A model generated the notes under the pieces. That model had not been told where the DNA came from and searched no databases. It was given only the letters and a program-made list of their open reading frames with translations. The translations under genes and the position numbers were made by a program. From Alphaproteobacteria bacterium (GTDB lineage: Bacteria > Pseudomonadota > Alphaproteobacteria > JAJTHO01 > CANGXP01), in the NCBI GenBank assembly GCA_947457935.1, contig CANGXP010000003.1:29256-93255 (forward strand): a stretch of 64,000 nt of DNA. Direction: 5' to 3'. How positions within the stretch are numbered: the stretch's first letter is position 1; each line of letters opens with the position of its first letter. Below are positions 36,586 to 47,020 of this stretch, piece after piece.

Positions 36586-37653
36586 ATGTCTGAAGAAACC
36601 GACGATTCCCAGAAAACCGAAGAACCCACCCAGCGACGGCTTGAACAGGCGCGGGAAAAAGGGCAGGTCGTTAATTCAAGGGAAGTTTCAACATGGATGA
36701 TGTTGTTTGCAGCAGCCCTTGCGATTTATTTGCTTGTGCCCAGCATGGGGGCTGATTTTATTGATGCACTAACACCGTTTATTGCCCACCCCCACGATAT
36801 TCCCGTTGATAGTGTTTCTGTTCGCAGTGTGCTTGTTGAGCTGTTTTTAAAAACATTTTTGGCGATGGCATTTTTTGCCTTGTTAATGATTATCGCGGCT
36901 CTCGCAGGGAATGGGATGCAATCAGGCATTTTATTTTCCAGCAATAATATTCAGCCAAAGTATGAGCGTATTTCGCTATTCAAGGGGCTTAAAAGATTAT
37001 TCTCGATGAAATCCGTTGTGGAATTTCTCAAAGGGCTAGCAAAACTCGCGATTATTAGCGGTGTTCTCTACACGCTTCTTAAGCCTGTTATCATGAAAAG
37101 CCCGTTAATGGTTGATGCAGATGTTGTGTTGATGGGCGGCAGCATCCAAGAAATTGTCATGGAAATGCTCTCAACAGTATTATCCGTGCTGTTTATGATT
37201 GCGGCACTTGATTTTCTGTATCAAAAACTCTCGTTTATGAAATCCATGCGGATGAGTAAGCAAGAAATAAAAGATGAATATAAGCAAACGGAAGGCGATC
37301 CCGTTATAAAAAGTAAGTTGCGGCAGTTGCGGCAACAACGCTTGAAAAAACGGATGATGGCGGCCGTGCCTGACGCTTCCGTGATTATCACCAACCCCAC
37401 CCACTATTCGATAGCCTTAAAATATGACAAAACATCCATTGGTGCGCCGATTGTGCTGGCAAAAGGTATGGATTTTATTGCCCTAAAAATTCGGGAGATT
37501 GCTAAAGAGCATGATATTCCGATTGTGGAAAACCCGCCGCTGGCGCGTGCGTTATATGCGGATTGCGAGATTGATCAAGAAATCTCTTTTGAGCACTATA
37601 AAGCCGTGGCACAAGTGATTAGCTATATTATGAAGTTGAAGAAGCGGAAGTAG
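36586..37653 (+). CDS. flhB: Flagellar export protein FlhB
   Basis: KTEEPT, EGDP, NPTH autocleavage motif, ENPPLARAL. Confidence 0.97.
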   Translation: MSEETDDSQKTEEPTQRRLEQAREKGQVVNSREVSTWMMLFAAALAIYLLVPSMGADFIDALTPFIAHPHDIPVDSVSVRSVLVELFLKTFLAMAFFALLMIIAALAGNGMQSGILFSSNNIQPKYERISLFKGLKRLFSMKSVVEFLKGLAKLAIISGVLYTLLKPVIMKSPLMVDADVVLMGGSIQEIVMEMLSTVLSVLFMIAALDFLYQKLSFMKSMRMSKQEIKDEYKQTEGDPVIKSKLRQLRQQRLKKRMMAAVPDASVIITNPTHYSIALKYDKTSIGAPIVLAKGMDFIALKIREIAKEHDIPIVENPPLARALYADCEIDQEISFEHYKAVAQVISYIMKLKKRK

Positions 37654-38314
37654 CATTGCCCCAGTGCTCCCGCACAAAGGGAATAGTAATACTGTGCTTA
37701 TGCTGCAAAGCCGCTGCATCCAGCAAGGCAACACAATCGTGGGCGGCGGCAAAAGACCGTTCACTGCGACTCACGATGTATTTCAGCACATCATCACTTA
37801 CCTGCAACTGCCTGTCTGCAAACAACTTGGCAAGAATCGCATGAAATAAACCCGCATCGGGCAATCCCAACACCGCAACGGGGGCGGCTTTGAGGCGAGA
37901 GCGCAAATCGGGCAGCGAAATATTCCATTCTTCTAAAGGCAAACGGCTTACCAGTAACAGAAATTTCCCCGATTCTTTGGCGATATTATATAGATGAAAC
38001 AGGGCGGCTTCTGCAAGATCTTCCCCACAATCATCAATAATGCAGCCCACCGTGTCCCCTTCCAACCAATCAGCGATAGTTGCGGTAGAAAGCTGTGCGG
38101 CGGTATAATATCGCGCCCCTGTTTGTTGTTGCCAAATACTCGCAAGGTGCGTTTTGCCGCTGCCTTGTTCGCCGATTAACAGCAAGGCAGGGGCAGGCCA
38201 GTTGGGGAAGGCATCAATCCAGCGCAATGCGGCTGCATTACAATCGGAAACAAGGAAGTTCTCACGAGTGGCGGTAGTGTGTGCGGGGAGAGAGAAAGTG
38301 AGTTGTTCCGTCAT
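37628..38314 (-). CDS. hda: DnaA regulatory inactivator Hda/HdaA
   Basis: QLTF clamp-binding motif, GEQGSGKTHL, LFHLYN, LPDLRSRL. Confidence 0.9.
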   Translation of the reverse strand: MTEQLTFSLPAHTTATRENFLVSDCNAAALRWIDAFPNWPAPALLLIGEQGSGKTHLASIWQQQTGARYYTAAQLSTATIADWLEGDTVGCIIDDCGEDLAEAALFHLYNIAKESGKFLLLVSRLPLEEWNISLPDLRSRLKAAPVAVLGLPDAGLFHAILAKLFADRQLQVSDDVLKYIVSRSERSFAAAHDCVALLDAAALQHKHSITIPFVREHWGNATSASSTS

Positions 38315-38317
38315 ATA

Positions 38318-39439
38318 CTATTGATAAAAAGAGCTTTTCTTATACTCTTGTATCGCAAAGCGCACCAATACCCCTGTCACCGCCGCAAACGGCACGGCAA
38401 TCAATACGCCCAAAAACCCAAACAGACTGCCCCCTGCAAACAGCGCAAAAATCATCCATACAGGGTGTAGGTTAATGCGACTTCCCACTAATTTCGGGCT
38501 AAGGATATTGCCTTCAATGAATTGCCCCGCGCCATAGATTGCGGCAATAATCGCAACATTTTGCCACTCAGCCATGCCGAATTGCGAGAAGGCAACGCCA
38601 ATACTCACCAGCCCCCCTACAATCGTGCCGACATAGGGAATAAAGGAAATAAACCCACTTGCCAGACCAATGACAAAGCCAAAATCTAGCCCTGCAACAC
38701 TCAGTGTAATGGCGTAAAAAATTCCTAAGCTCAATGAAACCAGCACTTGCCCGCGAATAAACCCTGCAATCGCGGCATCCATCAGTCCGAGCTGTTGCTT
38801 GATAGTCTCGTAATAATGGCGTGGCCACCAACCATCCAGCACTTTGGTAAGCGTTGGCCAATCCCGTAAGAGATAAAACGTAATCACAGGGGTTAGAATT
38901 AACAACGACAATACGCTAAACGCTTTTAAACTGCCGCTTATGAGCGTTTGCACGAATTTCCCTGCAAAGTTTACCACCGTACCTGCTTGCTCTTTCGCAA
39001 TGGCGGGGAGGTCGTTCAGATTCCCAAAGCTGCCTTTTGCAAGGTGCGCTTGGAATTCTTTGTAAAGCGGTTCAAAACGTGTCTGTAGCGTGTTGATATA
39101 TTCAGGCAATTTCAGGAAAAGCCCTGTAAGCTGTGTTTGCAGCAACGGTAGAATCATGAATGCCGCCCCCACAAAGCCGAGTAGTGCGATGAGGAGAACA
39201 ACTGTTGTGCCCAGCCAACGCGGAAGTTTGCGCTTCTCAAGGCTATTAACAAGGGGATTGAGCAAATACGCCAGCAACATTGCCGCAACAAAAGGCACAA
39301 GCACCTCTTGTAAATAAGACAGCACAACAAGTGTACCCACAAAAACAATTAACCAAAAAATCGAACGACGAGAACTTGGAAGCACGGAAGAATTCCTTAA
39401 TTTAAGGGATTTATTTTTATTAGAACTTACATGAAGCAT
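38318..39439 (-). CDS. AI-2E family transporter (PerM-like)
   Basis: LAYLLNPLV, GFIRGQ, FIPYVG, EGNILSPKLVG..LHPVW; start may instead be the GTG at 39385. Confidence 0.92.
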   Translation of the reverse strand: MLHVSSNKNKSLKLRNSSVLPSSRRSIFWLIVFVGTLVVLSYLQEVLVPFVAAMLLAYLLNPLVNSLEKRKLPRWLGTTVVLLIALLGFVGAAFMILPLLQTQLTGLFLKLPEYINTLQTRFEPLYKEFQAHLAKGSFGNLNDLPAIAKEQAGTVVNFAGKFVQTLISGSLKAFSVLSLLILTPVITFYLLRDWPTLTKVLDGWWPRHYYETIKQQLGLMDAAIAGFIRGQVLVSLSLGIFYAITLSVAGLDFGFVIGLASGFISFIPYVGTIVGGLVSIGVAFSQFGMAEWQNVAIIAAIYGAGQFIEGNILSPKLVGSRINLHPVWMIFALFAGGSLFGFLGVLIAVPFAAVTGVLVRFAIQEYKKSSFYQ

Positions 39440-39456
39440 CTAAGATTTGTCGCGTA

Positions 39457-39539
39457 TGTCATTCCCGTGCAGACGGGAATCCACTCTTATTTAAAAAATG
39501 TGGATTCCCTTTTTCAAGGGAATGACACGCGGAGCAATC
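39457..39539. repeat. REP/RPE-like palindromic doublet, family A copy 2
   Basis: TGTCATTCCCGTGCAGACGGGAATCCAC...GTGGATTCCCTTTTTCAAGGGAATGACAC. Confidence 0.9.
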
Positions 39540-39582
39540 GTTTCGTATAAGTCCTTTGTGTAGTATATTCTGGTAAAAATTC

Positions 39583-40866
39583 CTATTGTTCAAAAAACAC
39601 ACTCGGCTCAGGGGTGGGGCGCAAGTTCATGGAAGACGGTTGCTCATTCGGCTGCAGCGGGGCAGAGCGTTTTGGTGTGGTTTCTTTATTCGGCTTAGGC
39701 GATGCAACAGGGCTGCCGCCATACGTTGACAGTAAACGATTAAGATTTTCCGTTGTACCCGTATAGGCAATTCGCACACTCGCTTGCTGCGGTTGCAACG
39801 AAAGCACTTGCACATCATTGATGCCCTCTGTGCGCTCAAGGCGTTTTCTGATGCGCACCCAGTCTTGCATCCCTGTTAAAGGAATCGAGAGAACTTTGCT
39901 CGTATTAATGGGGGTTGTGTCAATCGCACCAGCGGCAGCATCCGCGACAAGTTCCGCGCCTTCTACACCCCCTTTGCTGTCTATTTCAGACGTTGTACTA
40001 TCAGGAAGGCTTTCCATTTTGCGCGGTGGAATTTGCAGGGCAGCAATAAGTTGCGGCACCGCACGCGCATACAGCGCACTCGCATCAAGCGGGTTGGGTT
40101 GACCCACACTGCTGATGCTAAAAAGCTCAGGCTCATACAGTTGCTTGCCACGGCTACGATTCAGCGCAACGGTAAGATCTAAGCCGTCTGGTTTTTCTTC
40201 CAACGCCGCAATCGCCACAATCACAATCTTGCTAACATACTTCACGGCAATATCTTGTAATGCATCTATATCGCCATTTTCAGCCGCGTCTTTGGTGAGC
40301 AAATTACCATCTTTCGCATCCCCCACAGGCGTAATGAAACCCAATGATTTCTTGCTATCAGGAAGGTTTTGCAGCGTAGATCGCCATAAATTCTCTGCTT
40401 CCCACAAATAGCTTTTGTCTTGTTGGCGTAAAACAGGGATGAGGAGGGGGGGCGTCTGCGCTTGTAAGCTATAAGACACATTATATTGCGCCAGATAGCC
40501 CTTTACCGCCTGTTTATTCAACTCAACAGTAATATCCGCGATATACCGCACGCGGGAAGCGCGTTCCTTATCAACGGAAACGGCAATCACATAGTTTTGG
40601 GCATTCTCCGCAGAAATTTCAGGCAGACGCTCTAGGTCAGCAGGGTCAACAACGAGCGCAAACAGTTGCTTCAGCGCAAGTTGCGGTGCAAGCAGCAACG
40701 CCTTGTTTTGTGCGGCGGCAGCGGATTTATCCGTCACATCAACATGCACCTGTTGCGCACTGAAAAGGTCAGGTGTATTGGCAGAGGCAGGGCGCACGCA
40801 CAGCGCCATGAGCACAAGAACGCAATAAAAAATCGGGAAGGCGACTGAAGAGCGGGAATGTTTCAT
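39583..40866 (-). CDS. DUF2066-like exported protein
   Basis: Signal peptide, VDVTDKSAAAAQ..., RYIADITV, LWEAENLW; usual position divergent from purM. Confidence 0.75.
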   Translation of the reverse strand: MKHSRSSVAFPIFYCVLVLMALCVRPASANTPDLFSAQQVHVDVTDKSAAAAQNKALLLAPQLALKQLFALVVDPADLERLPEISAENAQNYVIAVSVDKERASRVRYIADITVELNKQAVKGYLAQYNVSYSLQAQTPPLLIPVLRQQDKSYLWEAENLWRSTLQNLPDSKKSLGFITPVGDAKDGNLLTKDAAENGDIDALQDIAVKYVSKIVIVAIAALEEKPDGLDLTVALNRSRGKQLYEPELFSISSVGQPNPLDASALYARAVPQLIAALQIPPRKMESLPDSTTSEIDSKGGVEGAELVADAAAGAIDTTPINTSKVLSIPLTGMQDWVRIRKRLERTEGINDVQVLSLQPQQASVRIAYTGTTENLNRLLSTYGGSPVASPKPNKETTPKRSAPLQPNEQPSSMNLRPTPEPSVFFEQ

Positions 40867-40923
40867 TGCATTTTTTACTGAGGGTACTAGTATGTTGTGG
40901 CATTATGAGGAAAGCAGTATACC

Positions 40924-42033
40924 ATGAACCACGACCCGCGCCATTCGTCAAGCACAACGCCTGTTCAGCACGGCGGATTAACCTATAAAAAGTCAGGCGT
41001 AAACATTGATGCAGGCAATGCGCTTATCGATATGATTAAGCCCGCAGCCGCCAAAACACGCCGTAGTGGGGTTACAACGGGGCTGGGTGGATTTGGCGCA
41101 ATCTTTGACATTAAAGCAACAGGGTATAAAGACCCCTTGTTGGTTTCCACCACCGATGGTGTGGGCACCAAAGTAAAAATCGCCGTGGAAATTCGTTCCT
41201 ATAAGACGATAGGGATTGATTTAGTCGCCATGTGCGTGAATGACCTTGTAGTACAAGGCGCAGAGCCGCTGTTCTTCCTCGATTATTATGCAACAGGTGG
41301 CCTACAACTTGATAGAGCAGCAACAGTGATTGAAAGCATTGCAGACGGATGCGTTGAGGCAGGTTGTGCGCTGGTGGGCGGTGAAACAGCGGAAATGCCG
41401 GGGATTTACCAAGGGGCGGAAATTGACATCGCGGGATTCGCGGTGGGCGCGGTTGAGCGCGATGCCGTTATAACGGGGCAAAATATTCAAGCAGGGGATG
41501 TGATATTGGGGTGTGCTTCAACAGGCGTGCATTCCAATGGCTACTCCTTGGTGCGGAAGGTTGTTGAGCATTTGAAGGCAGATTATTCTAAGCCAGCGGC
41601 ATTCTCTCCCCATCAAACCTTGGGCGAGGCATTGCTTACCCCTACCCGCATTTATGTTAAAAGCTGTTTGGCAGCGGCAAAAACGGGCGATGTACAAGGA
41701 TTTGTGCACATCACAGGCGGCGGCTTAATTGATAATATTCCACGGGTGTTGCCAGAAGGCTTGGGCGCGGAGATTGATGCAAAAAGCTGGTTTGTGCCAG
41801 AAGTGTTCTCATGGCTGCAAAAAGGTGGCAATGTTCCCGCGGTGGAAATGCTCCGCACGTTTAATTGCGGTATTGGCATGGTGGTAATTGTGCGCCCTGA
41901 TAAAGTAGACAGCATCAAGGCGATTTTGCAGCAGCATGGCGAGGAAGTATACCGTATCGGCGAGATTACCCCGCGTGCGGCTGATCGTGATTTTGTGCAT
42001 TTCCATAATTTAGAAGCGTTGTGGGCGGCGTAA
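40924..42033 (+). CDS. purM: AIR synthase
   Basis: YKKSGVNIDAG, TDGVGTK, GGETAEMPG, HSNGYSL, TFNCGIG. Confidence 0.98.
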   Translation: MNHDPRHSSSTTPVQHGGLTYKKSGVNIDAGNALIDMIKPAAAKTRRSGVTTGLGGFGAIFDIKATGYKDPLLVSTTDGVGTKVKIAVEIRSYKTIGIDLVAMCVNDLVVQGAEPLFFLDYYATGGLQLDRAATVIESIADGCVEAGCALVGGETAEMPGIYQGAEIDIAGFAVGAVERDAVITGQNIQAGDVILGCASTGVHSNGYSLVRKVVEHLKADYSKPAAFSPHQTLGEALLTPTRIYVKSCLAAAKTGDVQGFVHITGGGLIDNIPRVLPEGLGAEIDAKSWFVPEVFSWLQKGGNVPAVEMLRTFNCGIGMVVIVRPDKVDSIKAILQQHGEEVYRIGEITPRAADRDFVHFHNLEALWAA

Positions 42034-42072
42034 TTCAACCTAAAATATCTGTAATAGTTAGAAGGATTAACA

Positions 42073-42606
42073 ATGCGTTCTTTTTCTAAAAACCTCCTCG
42101 CGCTCGGTCTTGTCGTCGCACTGCCCGCCTGTGCTATGTTTTCCTCAGAGACAGCCAAAGTGGGTGCACCCGCAACGGCTGAACAAGCGAAAAAAGAGAA
42201 AATTGGCAGTATTTCAGGCGATAAAAACGGCTTTGTCCTGTTTGGTGGCAAGAAAAACAAAGCAGGGGAAGGGGCGGGCGGTATCGGCGTGAATGCCTAT
42301 CTGTGGAAAGCCTCCATCCAAACAATTTCCTTTATGCCAATTAATTCGGCGGATCCCTTTGGCGGCGTGATTGTCACCGATTGGTATTCTGCCCCTGAAG
42401 CCCCCGATGAGCGGCTAAAGCTGAACGTGTTTATCATGGATCAAGAATTGCGCTCTGATGGCGTGCGCGTGTCTGTGTTCAAGCAAGTGCGCCGTGGCGC
42501 AACGTGGCAAGATGCCCCCGTTGCGAAGGAAACTGCCCGTGGGCTTGAGGATGCTATCCTCACCAAAGCACGCCAGTTGCGCGTGGAGGCGTTGAGTGGA
42601 CAGTAA
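42073..42606 (+). CDS. DUF3576 lipoprotein
   Basis: GVNAYLWKAS, SADPFGGVIVTDWY; lipobox; upstream of leuS. Confidence 0.9.
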   Translation: MRSFSKNLLALGLVVALPACAMFSSETAKVGAPATAEQAKKEKIGSISGDKNGFVLFGGKKNKAGEGAGGIGVNAYLWKASIQTISFMPINSADPFGGVIVTDWYSAPEAPDERLKLNVFIMDQELRSDGVRVSVFKQVRRGATWQDAPVAKETARGLEDAILTKARQLRVEALSGQ

Positions 42607-42697
42607 ACACTGTCTTTTAAGGTAGGGCACATTACTGCTATCCCCCCTTCACAACGCCCTAATAATCCGTTAAACAGGCTTTATTACTTACACGAAA

Positions 42698-42792
42698 GTG
42701 TCATTCCCGCCCCCGCCTCCGCGAGGGTAAACTTTGGCGGGAATCCACAATTTTTAAGAAAAGACTGGATTCCCCTTTGCAGGGGAATGACA
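42698..42792. repeat. REP/RPE-like palindromic doublet, family A copy 3 with expanded loop
   Basis: GTGTCATTCCCGC[ccccgcctccgcgagggtaaacttt]GGCGGGAATCCAC...CTGGATTCCCCTTTGCAGGGGAATGACA. Confidence 0.88.
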
Positions 42793-42831
42793 TACATCAT
42801 ATATCCTCCTGTATTATAGAAAACGCCTCAA

Positions 42832-45480
42832 ATGACCGACCGTTACAATCCCAAAATCGCTGAACCACACTGGCAAGACAAATGGGCGGCACAAAACGTT
42901 TTTGTTGCGCCTAAGGAAAATCCTGCAAAGCCTTATTATGTCTTGGAAATGTTCCCGTATCCGTCGGGGAAAATCCATATGGGGCACGTGCGGAATTATA
43001 CGTTGGGCGATGTGGTGGCGCGGTTCAGGAAGGCACAAGGCTATGACGTGCTGCACCCGATGGGGTGGGATGCGTTCGGGCTGCCCGCCGAGAACGCCGC
43101 CATTCAAAGTAAGGTGCATCCTGCCGAGTGGACATATAAAAATATCAAAGACATGCGCGAACAGCTTAAACCCATGGGTTTAAGTTATGATTGGAGTCGG
43201 GAGATTGCCACCTGTTCGCCTGATTACTACCGCTTTGAGCAAGAATTTTTCCTCGAATTTCTGAAAAAAGGCTTGGCGTATCGTAAAGAATCTTGGGTGA
43301 ATTGGGATCCTGTCGAGCATACAGTTCTCGCCAACGAGCAGGTGATTGACGGCAAGGGTTGGCGTTCTGGCGCGGTGGTAGAGAAAAAACAACTCGCGCA
43401 ATGGTTTTTGAAAATCACTGATTATGCGGAGGAACTCTTACAGGGTTTAGAAACTCTAGCGCACTGGCCTGAAAAAGTGCGCCTCATGCAAGAACGCTGG
43501 ATTGGCAAATCACATGGCGCGGTGGTTGAGTTTAAACTGGTAAGAAAAGAAGACTGGACACCAGCTTTCGCAGGTGATTCGCACCACAGTCATTCGCCAC
43601 AACTCGGACGAATTGCCAGCGAAAGCTGGCATCCAGAAGAGGGTGCACTCCAGACCATCCCCGTGTTCACCACTCGCCCAGACACCTTATTCGGCGCGGC
43701 ATTCGTGGCAATTTCTCCGTCACATCCCTTAGCGGTTGACTGCGCGAAAACAGACCTAAAACTGGCGGATTTCCTCAAAGAATGCAACGCGCAGGGCACC
43801 TCAGAAGCCGCCATCGAACAACAAGAGAAAAAGGGCTATAAAACCCCGCTCACCGTTAAGCATCCATTTAATGATGCAGCAGAACTTCCTGTTTATGTAG
43901 CAAATTTTGTGCTCATGGAATACGGCACAGGCGCGGTATTTGGCTGCCCTGCCCACGACCAGCGCGACAATGATTTTGCCCATAAATACGCCCTGCCGAT
44001 TAAAACCGTGGTGCTGCCAACAGGGGAGAATCCCGCCACCTTTACCATTACAACAGAGGCCTACACAGGCGACGGCACGCTGTATAATTCCGATTTTCTG
44101 AACGGGCTTTCAGTTGCAGATGCTAAGAAAACAGCCGCTCAAAAACTAGCCGCCAACAAGCAAGGCGAGGCAAAAACCACCTATCGTCTGCGTGATTGGC
44201 TGATTTCCCGCCAACGCTATTGGGGTTGCCCGATTCCCGTGATTTACTGCGATAGTTGCGGGATTGTGCCTGTGCCAAAAGCACACCTGCCCGTCACCTT
44301 GCCCGAAGATATTGAACTCGGGCAGGCAGGCAACCCGCTTGACCGCCACCCAACGTGGAAACACACAACCTGCCCCCAGTGTAATAAGCCTGCAACCCGC
44401 GAAACAGATACGTTTGACACGTTTTTTGAGTCCTCGTGGTACTTTGCACGGTTTACAGGCTTGACCGCTGATAAGCCGTTTAACAAGGAACTTGCCGAGG
44501 CTTGGCTGCCCGTTGACCAATATATTGGCGGGGTAGAGCACGCGGTGCTGCACTTGCTCTATGCGCGATTTTTCACCAAAGCCCTCCGAGATGTAGGGTA
44601 TTGGCGGCTTTCAGAGCCTTTTAAAGGCTTGATGACCCAAGGCATGATTTGCCACCAAACCTTTAAAAACAGCGCGGGACAGTGGCTTTTTCCTGAACAA
44701 GTGGCGGACGGCGTGGAGATTGCCACAGGAAACCCTGTGACCATCGGGGCATCCGAAAAAATGAGCAAATCGCTGAAAAACGTGGTCGATCCTGACTATA
44801 TCATCAGCACCTACGGGGCAGATACGGCGCGGCTGTTCATGCTCTCCGATTGCCCGCCCGAACGCGATATGGACTGGACAGATAGCGGCGTTGAGGGCGC
44901 GTGGCGGTATACCAATCGCTTGTGGAAGCTGGTGCATGGCGCCATCCCTGCCTTGCCGCCTGTGGGCACAAAGGTAACGGATACAACACAGTATACCGAT
45001 GTGTTGCGCCTGATTCACAGCACAATTCATCATGTAACCCAAGATATAAGCCAGTTTCGGATGAATCGCGGTGTGGCCAGAATCCGTGAACTCAGTAATG
45101 GGCTAGAAGCCTTCAATGCCACAGACACAGCGGGTTTGACCGTTTTTCGCTTTGGTTTAGAAACACTGTGCCAACTCATCGCGCCGATGATGCCGCATCT
45201 TGCAGAAGAGCTGTGGAAATTGTTAGGGCATGAAACCCTTGTGATTCAAACGCCTTGGCCTGTTGCCGATGAAACATTGATGGCAAAAGACGTGGTGACG
45301 ATTGCGGTGCAAATTAACGGCAAACTCCGCGCTACGCTTGACGTTGCGCCCGATTTTCCGCAGAGTGAATTGGAACAACAAGCACTTGCCGCACCCACGG
45401 TTATCAAGGCGTTGGAAGGCAAAACAGTGCGAAAAATTATTGTGGTGCCGAATAAGATTGTTAATGTGGTGGCGGCCTAG
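42832..45480 (+). CDS. leuS: Leucine--tRNA ligase
   Basis: HMGH, TTRPDT, KMSKS motifs. Confidence 0.99.
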   Translation: MTDRYNPKIAEPHWQDKWAAQNVFVAPKENPAKPYYVLEMFPYPSGKIHMGHVRNYTLGDVVARFRKAQGYDVLHPMGWDAFGLPAENAAIQSKVHPAEWTYKNIKDMREQLKPMGLSYDWSREIATCSPDYYRFEQEFFLEFLKKGLAYRKESWVNWDPVEHTVLANEQVIDGKGWRSGAVVEKKQLAQWFLKITDYAEELLQGLETLAHWPEKVRLMQERWIGKSHGAVVEFKLVRKEDWTPAFAGDSHHSHSPQLGRIASESWHPEEGALQTIPVFTTRPDTLFGAAFVAISPSHPLAVDCAKTDLKLADFLKECNAQGTSEAAIEQQEKKGYKTPLTVKHPFNDAAELPVYVANFVLMEYGTGAVFGCPAHDQRDNDFAHKYALPIKTVVLPTGENPATFTITTEAYTGDGTLYNSDFLNGLSVADAKKTAAQKLAANKQGEAKTTYRLRDWLISRQRYWGCPIPVIYCDSCGIVPVPKAHLPVTLPEDIELGQAGNPLDRHPTWKHTTCPQCNKPATRETDTFDTFFESSWYFARFTGLTADKPFNKELAEAWLPVDQYIGGVEHAVLHLLYARFFTKALRDVGYWRLSEPFKGLMTQGMICHQTFKNSAGQWLFPEQVADGVEIATGNPVTIGASEKMSKSLKNVVDPDYIISTYGADTARLFMLSDCPPERDMDWTDSGVEGAWRYTNRLWKLVHGAIPALPPVGTKVTDTTQYTDVLRLIHSTIHHVTQDISQFRMNRGVARIRELSNGLEAFNATDTAGLTVFRFGLETLCQLIAPMMPHLAEELWKLLGHETLVIQTPWPVADETLMAKDVVTIAVQINGKLRATLDVAPDFPQSELEQQALAAPTVIKALEGKTVRKIIVVPNKIVNVVAA
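43554..43636. repeat. Palindromic element inserted in frame in leuS
   Basis: 28-bp imperfect inverted arms at 43554-43581 and 43609-43636 (5 mismatches); encodes WTPAFAGD...ASESWHP. Confidence 0.85.
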
Positions 45481-45507
45481 AGCTGAGCTGCTTCTAAGGA
45501 ACATACA

Positions 45508-46023
45508 ATGAATCTAAAGACTTTTTTTTCAACAGCCTGCCTTGTTCTCACCCTCACTGCGTGCGGCTTTCATCCGCTGTATAGCAAAAATGGGGCAACA
45601 ATCGCCACCACGGAACCCGCTGTGGCGGAGAACTTACGGCAAATCAAGGTACTGTCCATAGCCGATAGGGCAGGGCAGAAATTGCAATGGCAGTTGAAGA
45701 ACAGCCTTGCACAAGGCTATGAGCCAGACCGCCCGCTCTATCAATTAGCCGTAGGCTTAGACGAAAGCATTGGCTATCTGGGGATTCAGCAGGATGCCTC
45801 GTCCTCATATGGAAAACTGTCTATTACCGCAACATTCACCCTAACAGACACCAAAACAGGCAAAGTAGTGTTTGAAGACAAGCAAAAAAGCACCAGTGGC
45901 TACACGATTGTGGACTCTGAATATGCCTCTCTCAAAGCCGAGCAAGACGCACGGGACAAAGTGTTACGCCAATTAAGTGAGCAGATTACGCGGCGGTTAG
46001 CGTTGTTTTTTAATAAGAAATAG
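45508..46023 (+). CDS. lptE: LPS assembly lipoprotein LptE
   Basis: LTACGFHPLY lipobox; follows leuS. Confidence 0.9.
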   Translation: MNLKTFFSTACLVLTLTACGFHPLYSKNGATIATTEPAVAENLRQIKVLSIADRAGQKLQWQLKNSLAQGYEPDRPLYQLAVGLDESIGYLGIQQDASSSYGKLSITATFTLTDTKTGKVVFEDKQKSTSGYTIVDSEYASLKAEQDARDKVLRQLSEQITRRLALFFNKK

Positions 46024-46094
46024 CTTGCAATATAACCTGAGGTGTATACAACCCTGAATTATATATAGCATGTTGTATTTTTCAGGATATTTTT

Positions 46095-46904
46095 ATGGAA
46101 TATAGCGGTATTTATCGAGAGGTACAAATTTGTTCCTCTGGAACAGAGAAATCTCAAGAAGACCTAAAATTTCAAGAAGCATTAAAAATTGCAAGCCGCA
46201 TTTGGTGCGAGGCAACGGGCAATGATTGCCTGCCCAAGACTCATAAACATGCTGCTCCCTTATACCATCATATCCCCGATTATCCCACTATTCTTGACCA
46301 AGCGATTCAAGCCGCAGAAAAGCAAGACGCTTTTGTAATACTAGTTTATCAACCAATAGGGACGCATACGAGTGCAGAAAAATTGCCTTTATGGGCATTT
46401 GACGAAGAAATAGCAAAACAGCGGCTTGTGCCTGTTTCGTGTGCCTTACTGTGCGAAGGATTGCCGCCTCACAAAAACTATTTAGTGGGGGCTTTGCCCG
46501 TAGCAGAATGTAATCTATGGTATGGGGGACGCTTTGCAACGCTCTCGCAATATGGTCAACAAGGCAACTCTAAATTGTTGTGGAATGCAGCAATGCGAGA
46601 AGTTTTTGAGACGAGAGGTTCAGATCAACTCATTTTTTCAAGACGTGTGGGAGAGAACGATAGTAGCGGGAATGTTAACCCTCATGGCTATAAAGATGGT
46701 TTAGTGGCGTGGTATACACGCGAATTTGGCAGCCCAACCGTCATTCCTGTTCCCGAGCAAACCAATGCCGAAACAGGAGAACTGGAGAAAAGAGGGCTAC
46801 TAGAAGCTGTTTACACCTATTCGGCTCAAGCCTATTTTGAAAAACTACAAGAACGTGTTGCTGCAGCAAAAAATATCCGCAGTATGGTGGTGATAGCGCG
46901 TTAA
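46095..46904 (+). CDS. Hypothetical protein, possible GNAT fold
   Basis: 269-aa ORF; GRFATLSQYGQQGNSKLLWNAA resembles GNAT motif A. Confidence 0.55.
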   Translation: MEYSGIYREVQICSSGTEKSQEDLKFQEALKIASRIWCEATGNDCLPKTHKHAAPLYHHIPDYPTILDQAIQAAEKQDAFVILVYQPIGTHTSAEKLPLWAFDEEIAKQRLVPVSCALLCEGLPPHKNYLVGALPVAECNLWYGGRFATLSQYGQQGNSKLLWNAAMREVFETRGSDQLIFSRRVGENDSSGNVNPHGYKDGLVAWYTREFGSPTVIPVPEQTNAETGELEKRGLLEAVYTYSAQAYFEKLQERVAAAKNIRSMVVIAR

Positions 46905-46990
46905 CTATTTTCCCGCTAAATATCTGAAATTCATCAAAATTCGTTTTTGCCGATTTTCAGAAATTTGGCTCTATCCTGCCGTGGAAACAA

Positions 46991-47006
46991 TGTTTCACGT
47001 GAAACA
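46991..47006. other. parS centromere site (ParB binding)
   Basis: Perfect palindrome TGTTTCACGTGAAACA. Confidence 0.95.
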
Positions 47007-47020
47007 TATTTACAGCTTTA

